A stretch of DNA of 64,000 nt from Thermoplasmata archaeon (GCA_049585415.1 JBAUZT010000010.1:20406-84405); one strand, 5' to 3'; positions 44,405-54,150 are shown, numbered from the stretch's first letter. Notes: a model not told the origin generated them from the sequence alone. Translations and numbers: made by a program.

Positions 44405-45916
44405 TCATGGGACGTTCGCTCCCAAGGTCGGGTCCCCGGCAGAGAAGTCGAGGGCCGTGAGGTCGAGCGTCGAGAGGTCGACGACCGCCGCCCGAGCGGG
44501 GACCGGGGAGATGTTGCGCATCCGTTGATACTCGGTCTCGGACTGCCAGGTCGAGGCGTTGAGGAGCAGGGTGCCTCGGTATCGGTCCGCCCCGTAGGTA
44601 TGCACGTGACCGGTGACGAGAATATCCGGTGCGGGGTCGATCACGAGCCCGTCCCGGGGGAGCGGGGCGAGCGGGGTCCGGTCCCCATAGATCGGGGCCA
44701 GGTGGCGCATCTGGAGCATCCGCTTCATCACCTCGGTCGGTCGGCTGTAGGAGGCGCCGGGGATCGCGGGAATGAGGTCGTCGAACCCCCGACCGTGGTA
44801 CGCTTCGACCACGACACCGTGGAGCGCGAACGTCGACGGGTTGGGGAGCGAGTGCACGTTGGTCGGGAGCGACTCGCGCAACGCTTCGGGCAGCGCGGGC
44901 TGGGGCTCGGCGGGGCAGACGGCGTCATGGTTCCCGGGAACCACGACGATGGTCAGTCGCTCGGGGAACTCGGACAGCCGGCGACCGAGCTCCGCGTACT
45001 GTTCCACGACGTCCGCGATCGCGAGGTCCCGCTCCTGTTGTGGGTAGACGCCGATCCCGTCGACGAGGTCCCCCGCGACGACGACGTGGTCGATCTCCGA
45101 CGCGAGCTCGGCGTGGGGGCCCTGGCCCCGGAGGAAGTCCACGAGATGTCCCCAGCTCTCGGTGAGGAACGACCGGCTACCGATGTGCAGGTCCGAGAGG
45201 AACAGCGCGCGGCGCCGCTGCGCGGAGCGGCCGAGGGGACGGGTCACGGGGATATCGGGACGTTCGACGCCCCCGACGCGGGGGAGACGTCCCGGCTCGC
45301 GACCGAACTGGAGTCGCACGCCCACGACCTCGTCCGGCAGGAACGCGAGTCGGGCGGCGGCCGAATCCTTCGGGACGAGCACTTCCACCGAGCCGCTCTC
45401 GTCGTCGAGCGTGAGGATCAGGTGGTGCTGTTTCGACGTGGCGCGGACCTCGCGGACGATCCCGATCACCGAGGCGACGCCGTCGGTGGGACGAAGTTCG
45501 TTCGCGGGACGGACGTTCGGGAGCTCCGGGCGCCCCCGAAGGAAGCGGGCGAGCATGCGATAGCGCGATTGGAAGAGCGCCGAGTAGGCGGCGAGCGGCT
45601 CGGAGGCGATGGGGGGGCCGGTGAATCCCTCGCGGAGCAGCTCGAAGGGCACCTCCACTCGCACGTCCTGGGGCCGCGCGGACGGTCGCAGGGCGACGGC
45701 GCCGCCGCTCGTCGCGGGCGGGGCCCGCAATGCGATCACCGCCTCGACCATCTCGCGGGTCACGAGCGGCGAATCGTCGATCCGTTGCTCGAGGAGCTCG
45801 CGGGAGAGGACGAGCGGCTGGCGGGTCGAGAGGAGGAGCTGGAGCGCTGCCGCCTCGACGAGCTTGTGATGCTCCTCGAAGTAGGCGACGAGATGTTCGC
45901 GCAGGCCCTGCGCCAT
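44405..45916 (-). CDS. DNA polymerase D small (exonuclease) subunit DP1
   Basis: OB-fold region plus calcineurin-like phosphoesterase motifs VVVAGDLVDGIGVYP, VVPGNHD, VTGHVH. Confidence 0.85.
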   Translation of the reverse strand: MAQGLREHLVAYFEEHHKLVEAAALQLLLSTRQPLVLSRELLEQRIDDSPLVTREMVEAVIALRAPPATSGGAVALRPSARPQDVRVEVPFELLREGFTGPPIASEPLAAYSALFQSRYRMLARFLRGRPELPNVRPANELRPTDGVASVIGIVREVRATSKQHHLILTLDDESGSVEVLVPKDSAAARLAFLPDEVVGVRLQFGREPGRLPRVGGVERPDIPVTRPLGRSAQRRRALFLSDLHIGSRSFLTESWGHLVDFLRGQGPHAELASEIDHVVVAGDLVDGIGVYPQQERDLAIADVVEQYAELGRRLSEFPERLTIVVVPGNHDAVCPAEPQPALPEALRESLPTNVHSLPNPSTFALHGVVVEAYHGRGFDDLIPAIPGASYSRPTEVMKRMLQMRHLAPIYGDRTPLAPLPRDGLVIDPAPDILVTGHVHTYGADRYRGTLLLNASTWQSETEYQRMRNISPVPARAAVVDLSTLDLTALDFSAGDPTLGANVP

Positions 45917-46034
45917 GAGGTTTCCTCCCGCGAGCGAAGGGGGCCGCGGCCCGGAGCGCCCCGTCCCTCGGTTCCGGGGTCCGCGAGGCGGAAGCGGTTA
46001 TTTCAAAGCTTGTGCGCGAACGGGGTTCGCCGGC

Positions 46035-46703
46035 TCAGCGGTACGATTCCTTCGCGTACGACGCCCCCTTCGGATACTTCTCTTTGAGGTGCGCGACGAA
46101 CTTCTCGGGGGTCTTCTCGAGGTGCGCCGCGTACCACTGCACGACCACGTCCCGGAGGATCCGGTGGAGCTCCTTGACCTCGACCTCGTCCTCGGCGGCG
46201 TCGTAGAGCACGGCCTGGCTCATCATCCGCATCCATCCGGAGTAGCGGTGGTAGCTCTCCCCGTCGCACCACTCGAAGATCGAGCGGAGGTGGGTCTTGC
46301 CCTCGGGGGTTCGATAGTACCACGAGCGGAGGGTGAAACCGACCCAGCCCGAGGCCCGGTCGCCGAGCTCGATCGTCTTGACCGCCCCGAAATCAAAGTT
46401 GTCGCGGAACGTCCAGGTGGTAGGGTACTCGACGAAGGTGGCGAACAACGTCTGCGACGGGTCGATCGCGAGGTGGACGCCGATCTCCTCGAACTGGTTG
46501 TGGACCTCCCACAGGTCCTGAAGGAGACGCTGGTTGAGCTTCGCGCGGTGCGTGAGGTCCTCGCCGGTCTTTGCCCCGGCCGCCTGCTGGGTCCGGACGA
46601 GGTCGCTCTTGAGCGAGCTCACAAAATCGTCCTCCGGCTTCGACTCGGTTACGGGCACTTCGGGATTCGGGTCGGGCGCAGCTTTTCGAGCGCGACGGGG
46701 CAT
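46035..46703 (-). CDS. hypothetical 222-aa protein between DP1 and DnaG
   Basis: Clean ORF with ATG. TTTATA box at 46743-46738, about 37 nt upstream. Trp/Tyr-rich globular composition. No recognised domain. Confidence 0.6.
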   Translation of the reverse strand: MPRRARKAAPDPNPEVPVTESKPEDDFVSSLKSDLVRTQQAAGAKTGEDLTHRAKLNQRLLQDLWEVHNQFEEIGVHLAIDPSQTLFATFVEYPTTWTFRDNFDFGAVKTIELGDRASGWVGFTLRSWYYRTPEGKTHLRSIFEWCDGESYHRYSGWMRMMSQAVLYDAAEDEVEVKELHRILRDVVVQWYAAHLEKTPEKFVAHLKEKYPKGASYAKESYR

Positions 46704-46737
46704 GTTGAAGGACTCCAGAGCGCTTATCGGAGTCCCG

Positions 46738-46743
46738 TATAAA
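46738..46743 (-). promoter_or_regulatory. TATA box (TTTATA on the minus strand)
   Basis: Spacing to ATG 46703 fits a very short leader. Confidence 0.4.
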
Positions 46744-46844
46744 GACTGTAGGTTCTCGTGGCGAGATTTCTCGCCGGCGGAGCGACCGGAGTATATCCGG
46801 CGCGGTCGCCCGCGCGCGAGACCCGTGCCGGGGCACCCCGTCCG

Positions 46845-46852
46845 TTAAATAG
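46845..46852 (+). promoter_or_regulatory. TATA-like box TTAAATAG
   Basis: AT-rich island in a GC-rich 366-nt spacer, about 220 nt upstream of the dnaG ATG. Confidence 0.3.
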
Positions 46853-47069
46853 CCGCCTCGGCTGTTGCGGGTCGTAAGGACACCCCCCGGGGACGGAAGG
46901 AGGAAAGCTCCCGACGTCGCCAGGAGATCCCGGACTCACGACTCATGTTCCGCCCGTTCGTCTGTCGTAGGCTCGGCGCATCGCCCGGCGTCGCTCGGCG
47001 CTCCTAATTCCCCTCGGACGGCGACTCTCGCGAGTGCGAGAGGACGTCCCGACAGGAAGAACCAACGAT

Positions 47070-48410
47070 ATGACCAACGACCCCAGCGCCGCAAAGTACC
47101 AAGTCCGAGCTCGCATTTCCGCCGAAGGCGTCATCGACAAGCCCGACGTCGTCGGCGCCGTCTTTGGACAGACGGAGGGCCTGCTCGGCGACGAGCTCGA
47201 CCTCCGCGACCTCCAGAAATCCGGCCGCATCGGCCGGATCGAAGTCGAGATTGACAGCCGAAAGGGCAAGAGCGAAGGCGAGATCATCATCCCGTCGTCG
47301 CTCGACCAGGTCGAGACCGCGATCCTCGCCTCCGCGCTCGAGACCGTCGACCGGATCGGCCCGTGCCGGGCCAAGATCGAGGTCGTCGCCGTCGAGGATA
47401 TCCGGATCTCGAAGCGACAGAAGGTCGTCGAACGCGCCAAGGAGATCCTCGCGCGACTGCAAGAGGAATCGAAGGGCGTCGGCGTCGACCTGACCGAGGC
47501 CGTCCGTAAGGGCGTCCAGGTCGACGAGATCACGACCTACGGACCCGAGCACCTCCCCGCCGGCCCGAACGTCGACCAGGCGGACGCCCTGATCGTCGTC
47601 GAGGGCCGCTCGGACGTGCTGAACCTGCTCCGATGCGGGATCAAGAACGTCATCGCGGTCGAAGGGACGAGCGTCCCGCAGACCGTGAAGGACCTCTCGC
47701 GCGGCAAGACGGTCACGGCCTTCACGGATGGCGACCGCGCCGGCGAGCTGATCCTCCGCGAGATGCTGCAGACGATGGACCTCGATTTCGTCGCCCGCGC
47801 CCCGCGCGGTAGCGAGGTGGAGGAGCTCACGCAGAAGCAGCTCCTGAAGTGCCTCCGGAACAAGATCCCCATCAACCAGTACCTGGAGATGAGCGGATTC
47901 GAGTCCACGGGCGCGACCCGGGAACCCCGCGAGGACCGCGGCGAAGGCGGCGACCGGGGCGAGCGCCGCGACGAGCGCGGTTCCGAACGGGGACGCCGCG
48001 ACGACCGCGAGCGGGACCGCGAACGGATGCCGCCGCCCCCGATCCGCGCTCCGCCGCCACCGCCCCCGCCGCCGCCCGCGGCGAACCTCCCGCTCCCGCC
48101 CGACCTCCAGCACTACTTCGAGCTGCTCGGCGGCGTCGAGAACGCCTCCCGAGCGCTCTTCGTGGGCGAGGACGACACTGTCGTCGCGGAAGCTCCGATC
48201 AAGGAGATGTTCGAGGCGATCGCGACCCTGCCCCCGTCGACCAAGGCGGTCATCTTTGATGGCATCGTGAGCCAGCGATTGCTCGACGTCGCCCAGGAGA
48301 AGGGCATCGGGACGGTCGTCGCGACCCGCCTGGGACCGGTCGGAAAGATCCCCGAGACGCTGCGGATCTACACGAAGGCGGACCTCGCCGGACCGGCGGG
48401 CGGCCGGTAA
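47070..48410 (+). CDS. dnaG: archaeal DnaG primase/exosome-associated Toprim protein
   Basis: KYQVRARISAEGVIDKPDVVGAVFGQTEGLLG, Toprim ALIVVEGRSDVLNL...AFTDGDRAGE. ATG at 47070. Confidence 0.9.
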   Translation: MTNDPSAAKYQVRARISAEGVIDKPDVVGAVFGQTEGLLGDELDLRDLQKSGRIGRIEVEIDSRKGKSEGEIIIPSSLDQVETAILASALETVDRIGPCRAKIEVVAVEDIRISKRQKVVERAKEILARLQEESKGVGVDLTEAVRKGVQVDEITTYGPEHLPAGPNVDQADALIVVEGRSDVLNLLRCGIKNVIAVEGTSVPQTVKDLSRGKTVTAFTDGDRAGELILREMLQTMDLDFVARAPRGSEVEELTQKQLLKCLRNKIPINQYLEMSGFESTGATREPREDRGEGGDRGERRDERGSERGRRDDRERDRERMPPPPIRAPPPPPPPPPAANLPLPPDLQHYFELLGGVENASRALFVGEDDTVVAEAPIKEMFEAIATLPPSTKAVIFDGIVSQRLLDVAQEKGIGTVVATRLGPVGKIPETLRIYTKADLAGPAGGR

Positions 48411-48481
48411 GCCCTCTCGCCCGTCGACCGCGGGCCCCTCGACCGGGGCCCGCGGCGAACCTTTTACCCCGTTGACGGCTA

Positions 48482-50041
48482 GTGCGAGTCGCCGTGACCG
48501 CTACGAACGGCGAAACGCAACGGCGACTGCCCGTCGCGGTCGACGAGATCGAGACGACCGCCGACATCCCGATCCCGACCGACCCGCTCGCACGGGTCAT
48601 CGGGCAGGAGAAGGCCGTCGAGATCGCCCGCATCGCGGCGTACCAGCATCGCCACTTGTTGCTGGTCGGTCCCCCCGGCGTCGGGAAGTCGATGACCGCC
48701 CAGGCGCTCGCCCTCCACCTCGACCGACCCCGGACGGAACTGAGGGTCGTGCACAACCCCGAAAATCCCGAGCGACCGAGCATCGAGGTCGTCACCCGGG
48801 AGGAGGTGTACCGGGAACGCGAGGCGGCCCGTTCGGTGGAGGGCGAGCTCATCGTCCCCGCCGACGCGCCGGTCTCCGTCGCGGAGCGGCTCGGCTACCG
48901 GTGCCCTCGATGCAGCTTCTATTCGCTCCCGAGCGAGCGGTTCTGCCCGAGCTGTGGGAACGTGAAGCAGGTCCTCCCCGGCGTCGCGGGGAGCGGGAAC
49001 CCGTTCCGCGACCTCGTCGGGGGGATCCTCGAGCTCACGGCGAGCCCGGGAGGCAACCCCCAGGAGACCGTGCGCACCACGCGCCTCCGCAACGGCGTCG
49101 AGGAGGTCGTCGCCTACGAGCGGGCCGGGGACCACATCAAGGTCCTCGACCAGCGTGCGCTCGAGCGTCGCCGGACGCTCCAGCACGAGAGCCCGCGCAA
49201 GGTCCTCGTTAAGCTCGACCGCAACACCTTCGTGATGGCGACGGGGGCGAGCGAGACCGAGCTCCTCGGCGACGTCCGTCACGACCCGTACGGCGGGCAT
49301 CCGCAGCTCGGCACGCTGCCGTACGAGCGCGTGATCGCGGGCGCGATCCACGAGGCGCACGACGGGGTGCTGTTCCTGGACGAATTGCCGCACCTCGGGT
49401 TCCTGCAGCGGCACATCCTCACCGGTATGCAGGAGAAGCGGTTCCCGATCACCGGACGGAATCCCCAGTCCGGCGGCGCCGCCGTCCGCGTCGACAACGT
49501 CCCGTGCGACTTCATCCTCGTCGCCGCCGCGAACATCCAGGACATCCATCGGATCCTCTCGCCGCTCCGCTCGCGGATCGCGGGCAGCGGCTACGAGGTG
49601 CTGCTCGAAACGACGATGCCGGATTCGCCCGCGAACCGGCTGCGCCTCGCCCAGTTCTGCGCCCAGGAGATCGCGACCGACGGGCGGATCCGTCCCGCGA
49701 CGCGCGATGCGGTCCTCGAGCTCATCAAGGAGGCCCGACGCCGTGCCGAGGCGCTCGACGGGCGACGCAACGCGCTCACGCTCCGGCTGCGCGAGCTCGG
49801 CGGGCTCATCCGTACCGCGGGGGACCTCGCCGCGGTCGCGGGCAGTCAGTACCTTGAGGCGGCCCACATGCAGCAGGCGCTCCAGCGCGCCCGCTCGATC
49901 GAGGAGCAGATCAAGGAGGTCTACGGCTCGCTGCAGGGAGGGCTCCGGCAGGAGACGACCGAGGCCCAGCGGCAGTCGATGGGCTACTACAACTGGAACG
50001 ACCACCCCGATGCGAACCAGTTCCCCGGTGGCTACGGTTAG
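48482..50041 (+). CDS. Lon-related AAA+ ATPase with Zn-ribbon insert, no protease domain
   Basis: VIGQEKAVEIARIAAYQHRHLLLVGPPGVGKSM, YRCPRCSFYSLPSERFCPSCG, HDGVLFLDELPHL, sensor-2-like C-terminal helices. Ends without a Ser-Lys protease module. Confidence 0.7.
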   Translation: MRVAVTATNGETQRRLPVAVDEIETTADIPIPTDPLARVIGQEKAVEIARIAAYQHRHLLLVGPPGVGKSMTAQALALHLDRPRTELRVVHNPENPERPSIEVVTREEVYREREAARSVEGELIVPADAPVSVAERLGYRCPRCSFYSLPSERFCPSCGNVKQVLPGVAGSGNPFRDLVGGILELTASPGGNPQETVRTTRLRNGVEEVVAYERAGDHIKVLDQRALERRRTLQHESPRKVLVKLDRNTFVMATGASETELLGDVRHDPYGGHPQLGTLPYERVIAGAIHEAHDGVLFLDELPHLGFLQRHILTGMQEKRFPITGRNPQSGGAAVRVDNVPCDFILVAAANIQDIHRILSPLRSRIAGSGYEVLLETTMPDSPANRLRLAQFCAQEIATDGRIRPATRDAVLELIKEARRRAEALDGRRNALTLRLRELGGLIRTAGDLAAVAGSQYLEAAHMQQALQRARSIEEQIKEVYGSLQGGLRQETTEAQRQSMGYYNWNDHPDANQFPGGYG

Positions 50042-50089
50042 TATCCGCTCCGACAGGGCTATGAGTCGGTCGTCGGTGGCCGCCCGCAC

Positions 50090-50162
50090 GGGCGCGTAGT
50101 CTAGCGGTTATGACGTCACCCTGACACGGTGAAGGTCGCCAGTTCGAATCTGGCCGCGCCCA
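50090..50162 (+). tRNA. tRNA-Val (anticodon GAC)
   Basis: GGGCGCG-TA-GTCT-AGCGGTTA-TGAC-G-TCACC-CTGACAC-GGTGA-AGGTC-GCCAG-TTCGAAT-CTGGC-CGCGCCC-A. Confidence 0.9.
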
Positions 50163-50202
50163 TCGTTCCGGCGGGGAACGGATTTAGCCGCCCTCGGATG
50201 GA

Positions 50203-50913
50203 ATGGGCGGGGGTTCGATGGCGAAGGAATGGGTCGACTGGCACCGTGCCTACGCAGACGACCCCTCGATGGCCGTACGGTTGTCCGTCGTCCAGGACCG
50301 CATCCGAGAGGCTCTCGACCGTTGCCCTCCGGGCCCGATCCGCGTGATCAGCGCCTGCGCGGGCGACGGGCGCGACCTGCTCGGGGCGCTCGAGGGGCAT
50401 CCGCGCGCCCGTGACGTCCGGGCCCGCCTGGTCGAGCTGGCGCCCGAGCTCGTCGCGGCGGGGCGGACACAGGCACGACAGCGCCATCTCCCCCACGTCG
50501 AGTTCGTGGAGGGCGACGCCTCCCACTCGACGGCGTATTCGGGCGCGACCCCGGCGGACCTCGTGCTCCTGTGCGGGGTCTTCGGGAACATCACCGATAC
50601 CGATGTGCGGGGGACGATCTTCCACTCCCCCGAGCTCTGCGCGGAGAACGCCACCGTGGTCTGGACGCGGGGCCGATTCGCTCCGGACCTCACTCCGACG
50701 ATCCGGGCCTGGTTCGCGGACGCCGGGTTCACTGAGCTGTCATTCGTGACGATCGACGGCACGACGAAATCGGTGGGGGCGCATCGACTCACGACGCCCC
50801 CGAGGCCATTCCGGCCCGGCGTGCGGCTATTCACCTTCCTACCCCATGACGAACGCCCCTCGAACCGGGCCCCGCCGCGCGAGGGCGGGTCGAGTCCGCC
50901 CGGGCGGTCGTAA
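50203..50913 (+). CDS. class I SAM-dependent methyltransferase (substrate unknown)
   Basis: IRVISACAGDGRDLL (motif I-like), LVLLCGVFGNI. The start may instead be ATG 50218. Confidence 0.5.
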   Translation: MGGGSMAKEWVDWHRAYADDPSMAVRLSVVQDRIREALDRCPPGPIRVISACAGDGRDLLGALEGHPRARDVRARLVELAPELVAAGRTQARQRHLPHVEFVEGDASHSTAYSGATPADLVLLCGVFGNITDTDVRGTIFHSPELCAENATVVWTRGRFAPDLTPTIRAWFADAGFTELSFVTIDGTTKSVGAHRLTTPPRPFRPGVRLFTFLPHDERPSNRAPPREGGSSPPGRS

Positions 50914-50931
50914 CGCTCGACGCGATCGGCC

Positions 50932-51882
50932 CTACGGGGGCGCCCCCGCGTCCGCCCTCCAATACTCAAGGGCATCGGCGAGGGTCCGGTCGAGCGGGTA
51001 CGAGGGAGAGTACCCGAGCGCGAGGAGTCGACCGATATCGGCCCGATTGTCCGGCTCGTCGGTCGGCCGCAGGAGCGAGGGATCCTCGACGATCTCGACC
51101 GGCACGCGGGAGAGCTTCTGGAGACCTTCGGCGATGTACCGGATCGAGTAGCTTCGACCCGCACCGATGTTGACGGGCTGCGCCGGATCGCCCGACTCGA
51201 AAACCCGCCACATCGCCTTCTGCACGTCGCGGATGTCGGAGACATCGCGCGAGGTGTTCAAGTTCCCGACCCGGACGCGCCCGGGTTTCCCCGTGCGCTC
51301 GAGGAGGGCGATCTGCTGGGCGAAGTCGTTCATCGCGTCGCCGGTCTTTCCCGGCCCTGTCGTACCGAAGAGCCGCGCGCGGACGATCCGAAGGCCGAAA
51401 TTGAGCGAATACTGCAGCGAGAGCATCTCCTGGCAGGCCTTCGACACCCCGTAGGGGTTGGTCGGGTTGAGCGGGATGTCCTCCCGGATCGGCAGCTCCG
51501 CCGGGACCCCGTACGCCGAACCCGAGGCCGCGAGGAGCGTCCCGTGCTTCGGCGGGTGGTGGCGGAGCGCCTCGTAGAGATAGATCGTTCCGATCACGTT
51601 CGTGCGGAACGTCGCCGCGGGGTCGGCCCACGCCTTCTTCGCGTACGCCTGGGCAGCCAGATGGAAGACCCCTTCCGGGCGAACCGTCTCCACGATCTTC
51701 GCGACCCCGGCCGCGTCCTCCATGTCGAGCTGCTTCCACGTCACCCCGGAGTCCGGGACGCCGCGCGCCGTCAGTTCGTGGGAGGCAAGGTACGTTCCGA
51801 CGACCTCGTGGCCGTTCGCGACGGCGAAACCGATCAGGTTCCGGCCGATGAACCCCGACGCTCCCGTGATCAGTAGTCGCAT
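50932..51882 (-). CDS. NAD-dependent nucleotide-sugar epimerase/dehydratase (SDR)
   Basis: MRLLITGASGFIGRNL, YGVSKACQE (YxxxK). ATG verified at 51880-51882. Confidence 0.8.
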   Translation of the reverse strand: MRLLITGASGFIGRNLIGFAVANGHEVVGTYLASHELTARGVPDSGVTWKQLDMEDAAGVAKIVETVRPEGVFHLAAQAYAKKAWADPAATFRTNVIGTIYLYEALRHHPPKHGTLLAASGSAYGVPAELPIREDIPLNPTNPYGVSKACQEMLSLQYSLNFGLRIVRARLFGTTGPGKTGDAMNDFAQQIALLERTGKPGRVRVGNLNTSRDVSDIRDVQKAMWRVFESGDPAQPVNIGAGRSYSIRYIAEGLQKLSRVPVEIVEDPSLLRPTDEPDNRADIGRLLALGYSPSYPLDRTLADALEYWRADAGAPP

Positions 51883-51914
51883 CCGTCGGTGCCCGAGGGG
51901 CTCACCGCCCGTCC

Positions 51915-52700
51915 TCAGGAGCGTCGCGCTATAGGTGTTTCCGGCGGCGCCGGGGAGCGCGGGAGCGACCGGCGAAAGCGCGAGGCGAGGAACGTCTCGA
52001 TGAGGAAGACCCGGATGAAGCGGAACCCCTGGGTCATCTTGCTCGCGCCGTGAGCCCGCGGCTCGAAGCGAAAGCCGACCTCCGCGATGGGACGTGGTCC
52101 GTTCATCACGAGAGCGAAGAGGAGGAGCTTGTAGCCGCGAAATCGGGGGTTGAAGGGGACGAACACCTCGCGACGGAACCCGAAGTATCCCGACACCGGG
52201 TCCGAGACTCGGCGGGCCTCCGGGAGCGAGAGCTTCGCGATCCATTCCGCTCCTCTCGACAGCAGGAGACGATACGGGGTGCGCGGTCCGGGAGCCCCAC
52301 CACGTGCGTAGCGGCTCGCGACCACGAGGGTCGCGCCGCGCTCGAGTTCGCCGACCATCTCGGGGATCTTCTCGGGAGGGTGTTGGAGGTCGGCGTCCAT
52401 CACGATCACATACCGGCCGCGCGCCTGCTCGATCCCTTGGCTCTGCGCGCGCAGCGTCGTCTGCTTTCCGTCGTGGAAGATCGGGCGCAGCCGCGGCTCG
52501 CGAGCGGCGAGGTCGGTCACGAACTCTCGCGTGCCGTCGGTGCTCCCGTCGTCGATCACGATCACCTCGATCGGCCCGGCGGACAGGCGGAAGATCCGGT
52601 CGGTCAGCTCGGGAAGACTGTCGCGTTCGTTGAGCGTGGCGAGGATGACGGAGATCGACGGAGCGGGAGCGACGGACCCGGCCGAAGGTTCAGTGGGCAA
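51915..52700 (-). CDS. GT2 glycosyltransferase (dolichyl-phosphate sugar synthase-like)
   Basis: ISVILATLNERDSL...VIVIDDGSTDGT...VIVMDADLQHPP. Confidence 0.8.
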   Translation of the reverse strand: MPTEPSAGSVAPAPSISVILATLNERDSLPELTDRIFRLSAGPIEVIVIDDGSTDGTREFVTDLAAREPRLRPIFHDGKQTTLRAQSQGIEQARGRYVIVMDADLQHPPEKIPEMVGELERGATLVVASRYARGGAPGPRTPYRLLLSRGAEWIAKLSLPEARRVSDPVSGYFGFRREVFVPFNPRFRGYKLLLFALVMNGPRPIAEVGFRFEPRAHGASKMTQGFRFIRVFLIETFLASRFRRSLPRSPAPPETPIARRS

Positions 52701-52758
52701 GAACGTTCCTCAGATCCTGCCCAGAGACGGCGTCGCTACGCGAGGGACACGCAGCGAT

Positions 52759-54150
52759 TCAACGGGCGACGTCGGAGACCGGAAGCGGCGGCGACGCCCG
52801 GTTCGGGGGAACGGGAGGGGAGTCGCCCTCATCGGCCGGCGAGACCCCGGCCGTCCCCATTATCCTTGTCGGGTCTGGAGAAGGCGAGGAACTTGCGGGA
52901 ACGCCGGGAGAGGCCGGGGGGTCGCTCGACCGCCAGAGGTCGATGAACAGCCCGAGGAGGAGTACCGTAAGGAGCCCATCGAGCACGGCCGCCGGCCAGA
53001 GGATCCCCCGGGTCGATACGAGCACCGTGTAGGCATAGTTGTAATCGACGGAGCCGACGATCGCGATCCCCCACAGCCACCAGCGAGGACGAGCTCCCAC
53101 GAGTGCGGCCGGCAATAGCCAGATCAAGATGTTGAACGAGAGGAATTGGTCCAGGAGGGCGACCCCCGTGAGCGTGATCGCGGCCGCGCGCAGTGGGGAC
53201 TTCACCGTGAAGAAGACGACGCCGACCAGCACGAGCGTCACGAGCGCCTGCGCGAGGGGGAGGGCGTCGCCGGCGGGGAGCGCGTTCTCGAGCAGGAGGA
53301 TCCCCCACAGGTTGAGCGAGAACGCGCGCCGCCCGATCTCGTTCAGGAAGACCGTGTTCACGAACACCGAGCCCCAGAGGATGTACGAGAGCCCCGTGCC
53401 CGCCGCAAAGACCGCGATAAGCGCGAACGCGGCCGCCCAACGACGGCGCAGCGACCCCGACAGCGCGAGCACCGGGAAGAGGGTCGGAAAGCGTTGGGTC
53501 GCCAGAAATCCGGCGAGACCGGTCGCGAGGAGCTCTCGGCGCGATGCGAGATACAGCGCGAGAAGGACCGCGAGCGGGACAAGCGCGTTGCTCGCACCGT
53601 CGATCTGCGAGGAGACGAGCGGGAAGTAGAGCGGGCTGGTCGCGACCACGAGCGTGAGGTATCGCCGCTCCGGCCCGGCGACGTACCAGGTGAGCGGAAC
53701 GAGCGCGATCGCGACGATCGCCCACACCGCCGCGATCCCCGGGAGCCCGCCGACGCTGCCGAGACCGTTGATGAGCACGGCCGCGAGACCGTCGGGTTCC
53801 GGTATCGTTCCCCCGCAACTCGTCACGAGGAAGGGGTTGGTTCCGGCCCACAGCGCTTGTCCTTGGGCCAGAAACCCTCCGATGTCCGTGGGGGAGCCGG
53901 GTCGGGTGCAGGCATACAGTCCGTTCGCGAAGTCGAAGCTCAGGACCACGAGAAACCCCCCCGTGACCACCGCGGCGACGTGCCACCATCGAAGCCAGTG
54001 GAGGTCGGGACTCCCGGTCAATCGCTCGAGCGAGCGACGCAACCCGGCGCGGAGGGGAGCTCCGCGATCCGTCATGACGATCAGGAGAACGAGGTTGAGC
54101 GCGCCGAGGACGGCGATCGTGAGGGCCGCGGCGAGGTAGGTTATATTCAC
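52759..54150 (-). CDS. polytopic membrane protein, putative GT-C/DUF2029-like glycosyltransferase
   Basis: 463 aa, more than 10 TM helices. Adjacent to the GT2 and epimerase genes. No diagnostic motif recognised. Confidence 0.45.
   Translation of the reverse strand: MNITYLAAALTIAVLGALNLVLLIVMTDRGAPLRAGLRRSLERLTGSPDLHWLRWWHVAAVVTGGFLVVLSFDFANGLYACTRPGSPTDIGGFLAQGQALWAGTNPFLVTSCGGTIPEPDGLAAVLINGLGSVGGLPGIAAVWAIVAIALVPLTWYVAGPERRYLTLVVATSPLYFPLVSSQIDGASNALVPLAVLLALYLASRRELLATGLAGFLATQRFPTLFPVLALSGSLRRRWAAAFALIAVFAAGTGLSYILWGSVFVNTVFLNEIGRRAFSLNLWGILLLENALPAGDALPLAQALVTLVLVGVVFFTVKSPLRAAAITLTGVALLDQFLSFNILIWLLPAALVGARPRWWLWGIAIVGSVDYNYAYTVLVSTRGILWPAAVLDGLLTVLLLGLFIDLWRSSDPPASPGVPASSSPSPDPTRIMGTAGVSPADEGDSPPVPPNRASPPLPVSDVAR

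Noticed and set aside
46891-46915. GGACGGAAGGAGGAAAGCTCCCGAC resembles RNase P CR-I (GAGGAAAGUCC) and the SRP helix 8 GGAA motif.
   Set aside because: The GUCC core is interrupted. No other conserved RNase P or SRP RNA blocks (e.g. ACAGAA..GGCUUA, GGUAAGAGC) are visible in the spacer, which is also too short downstream.
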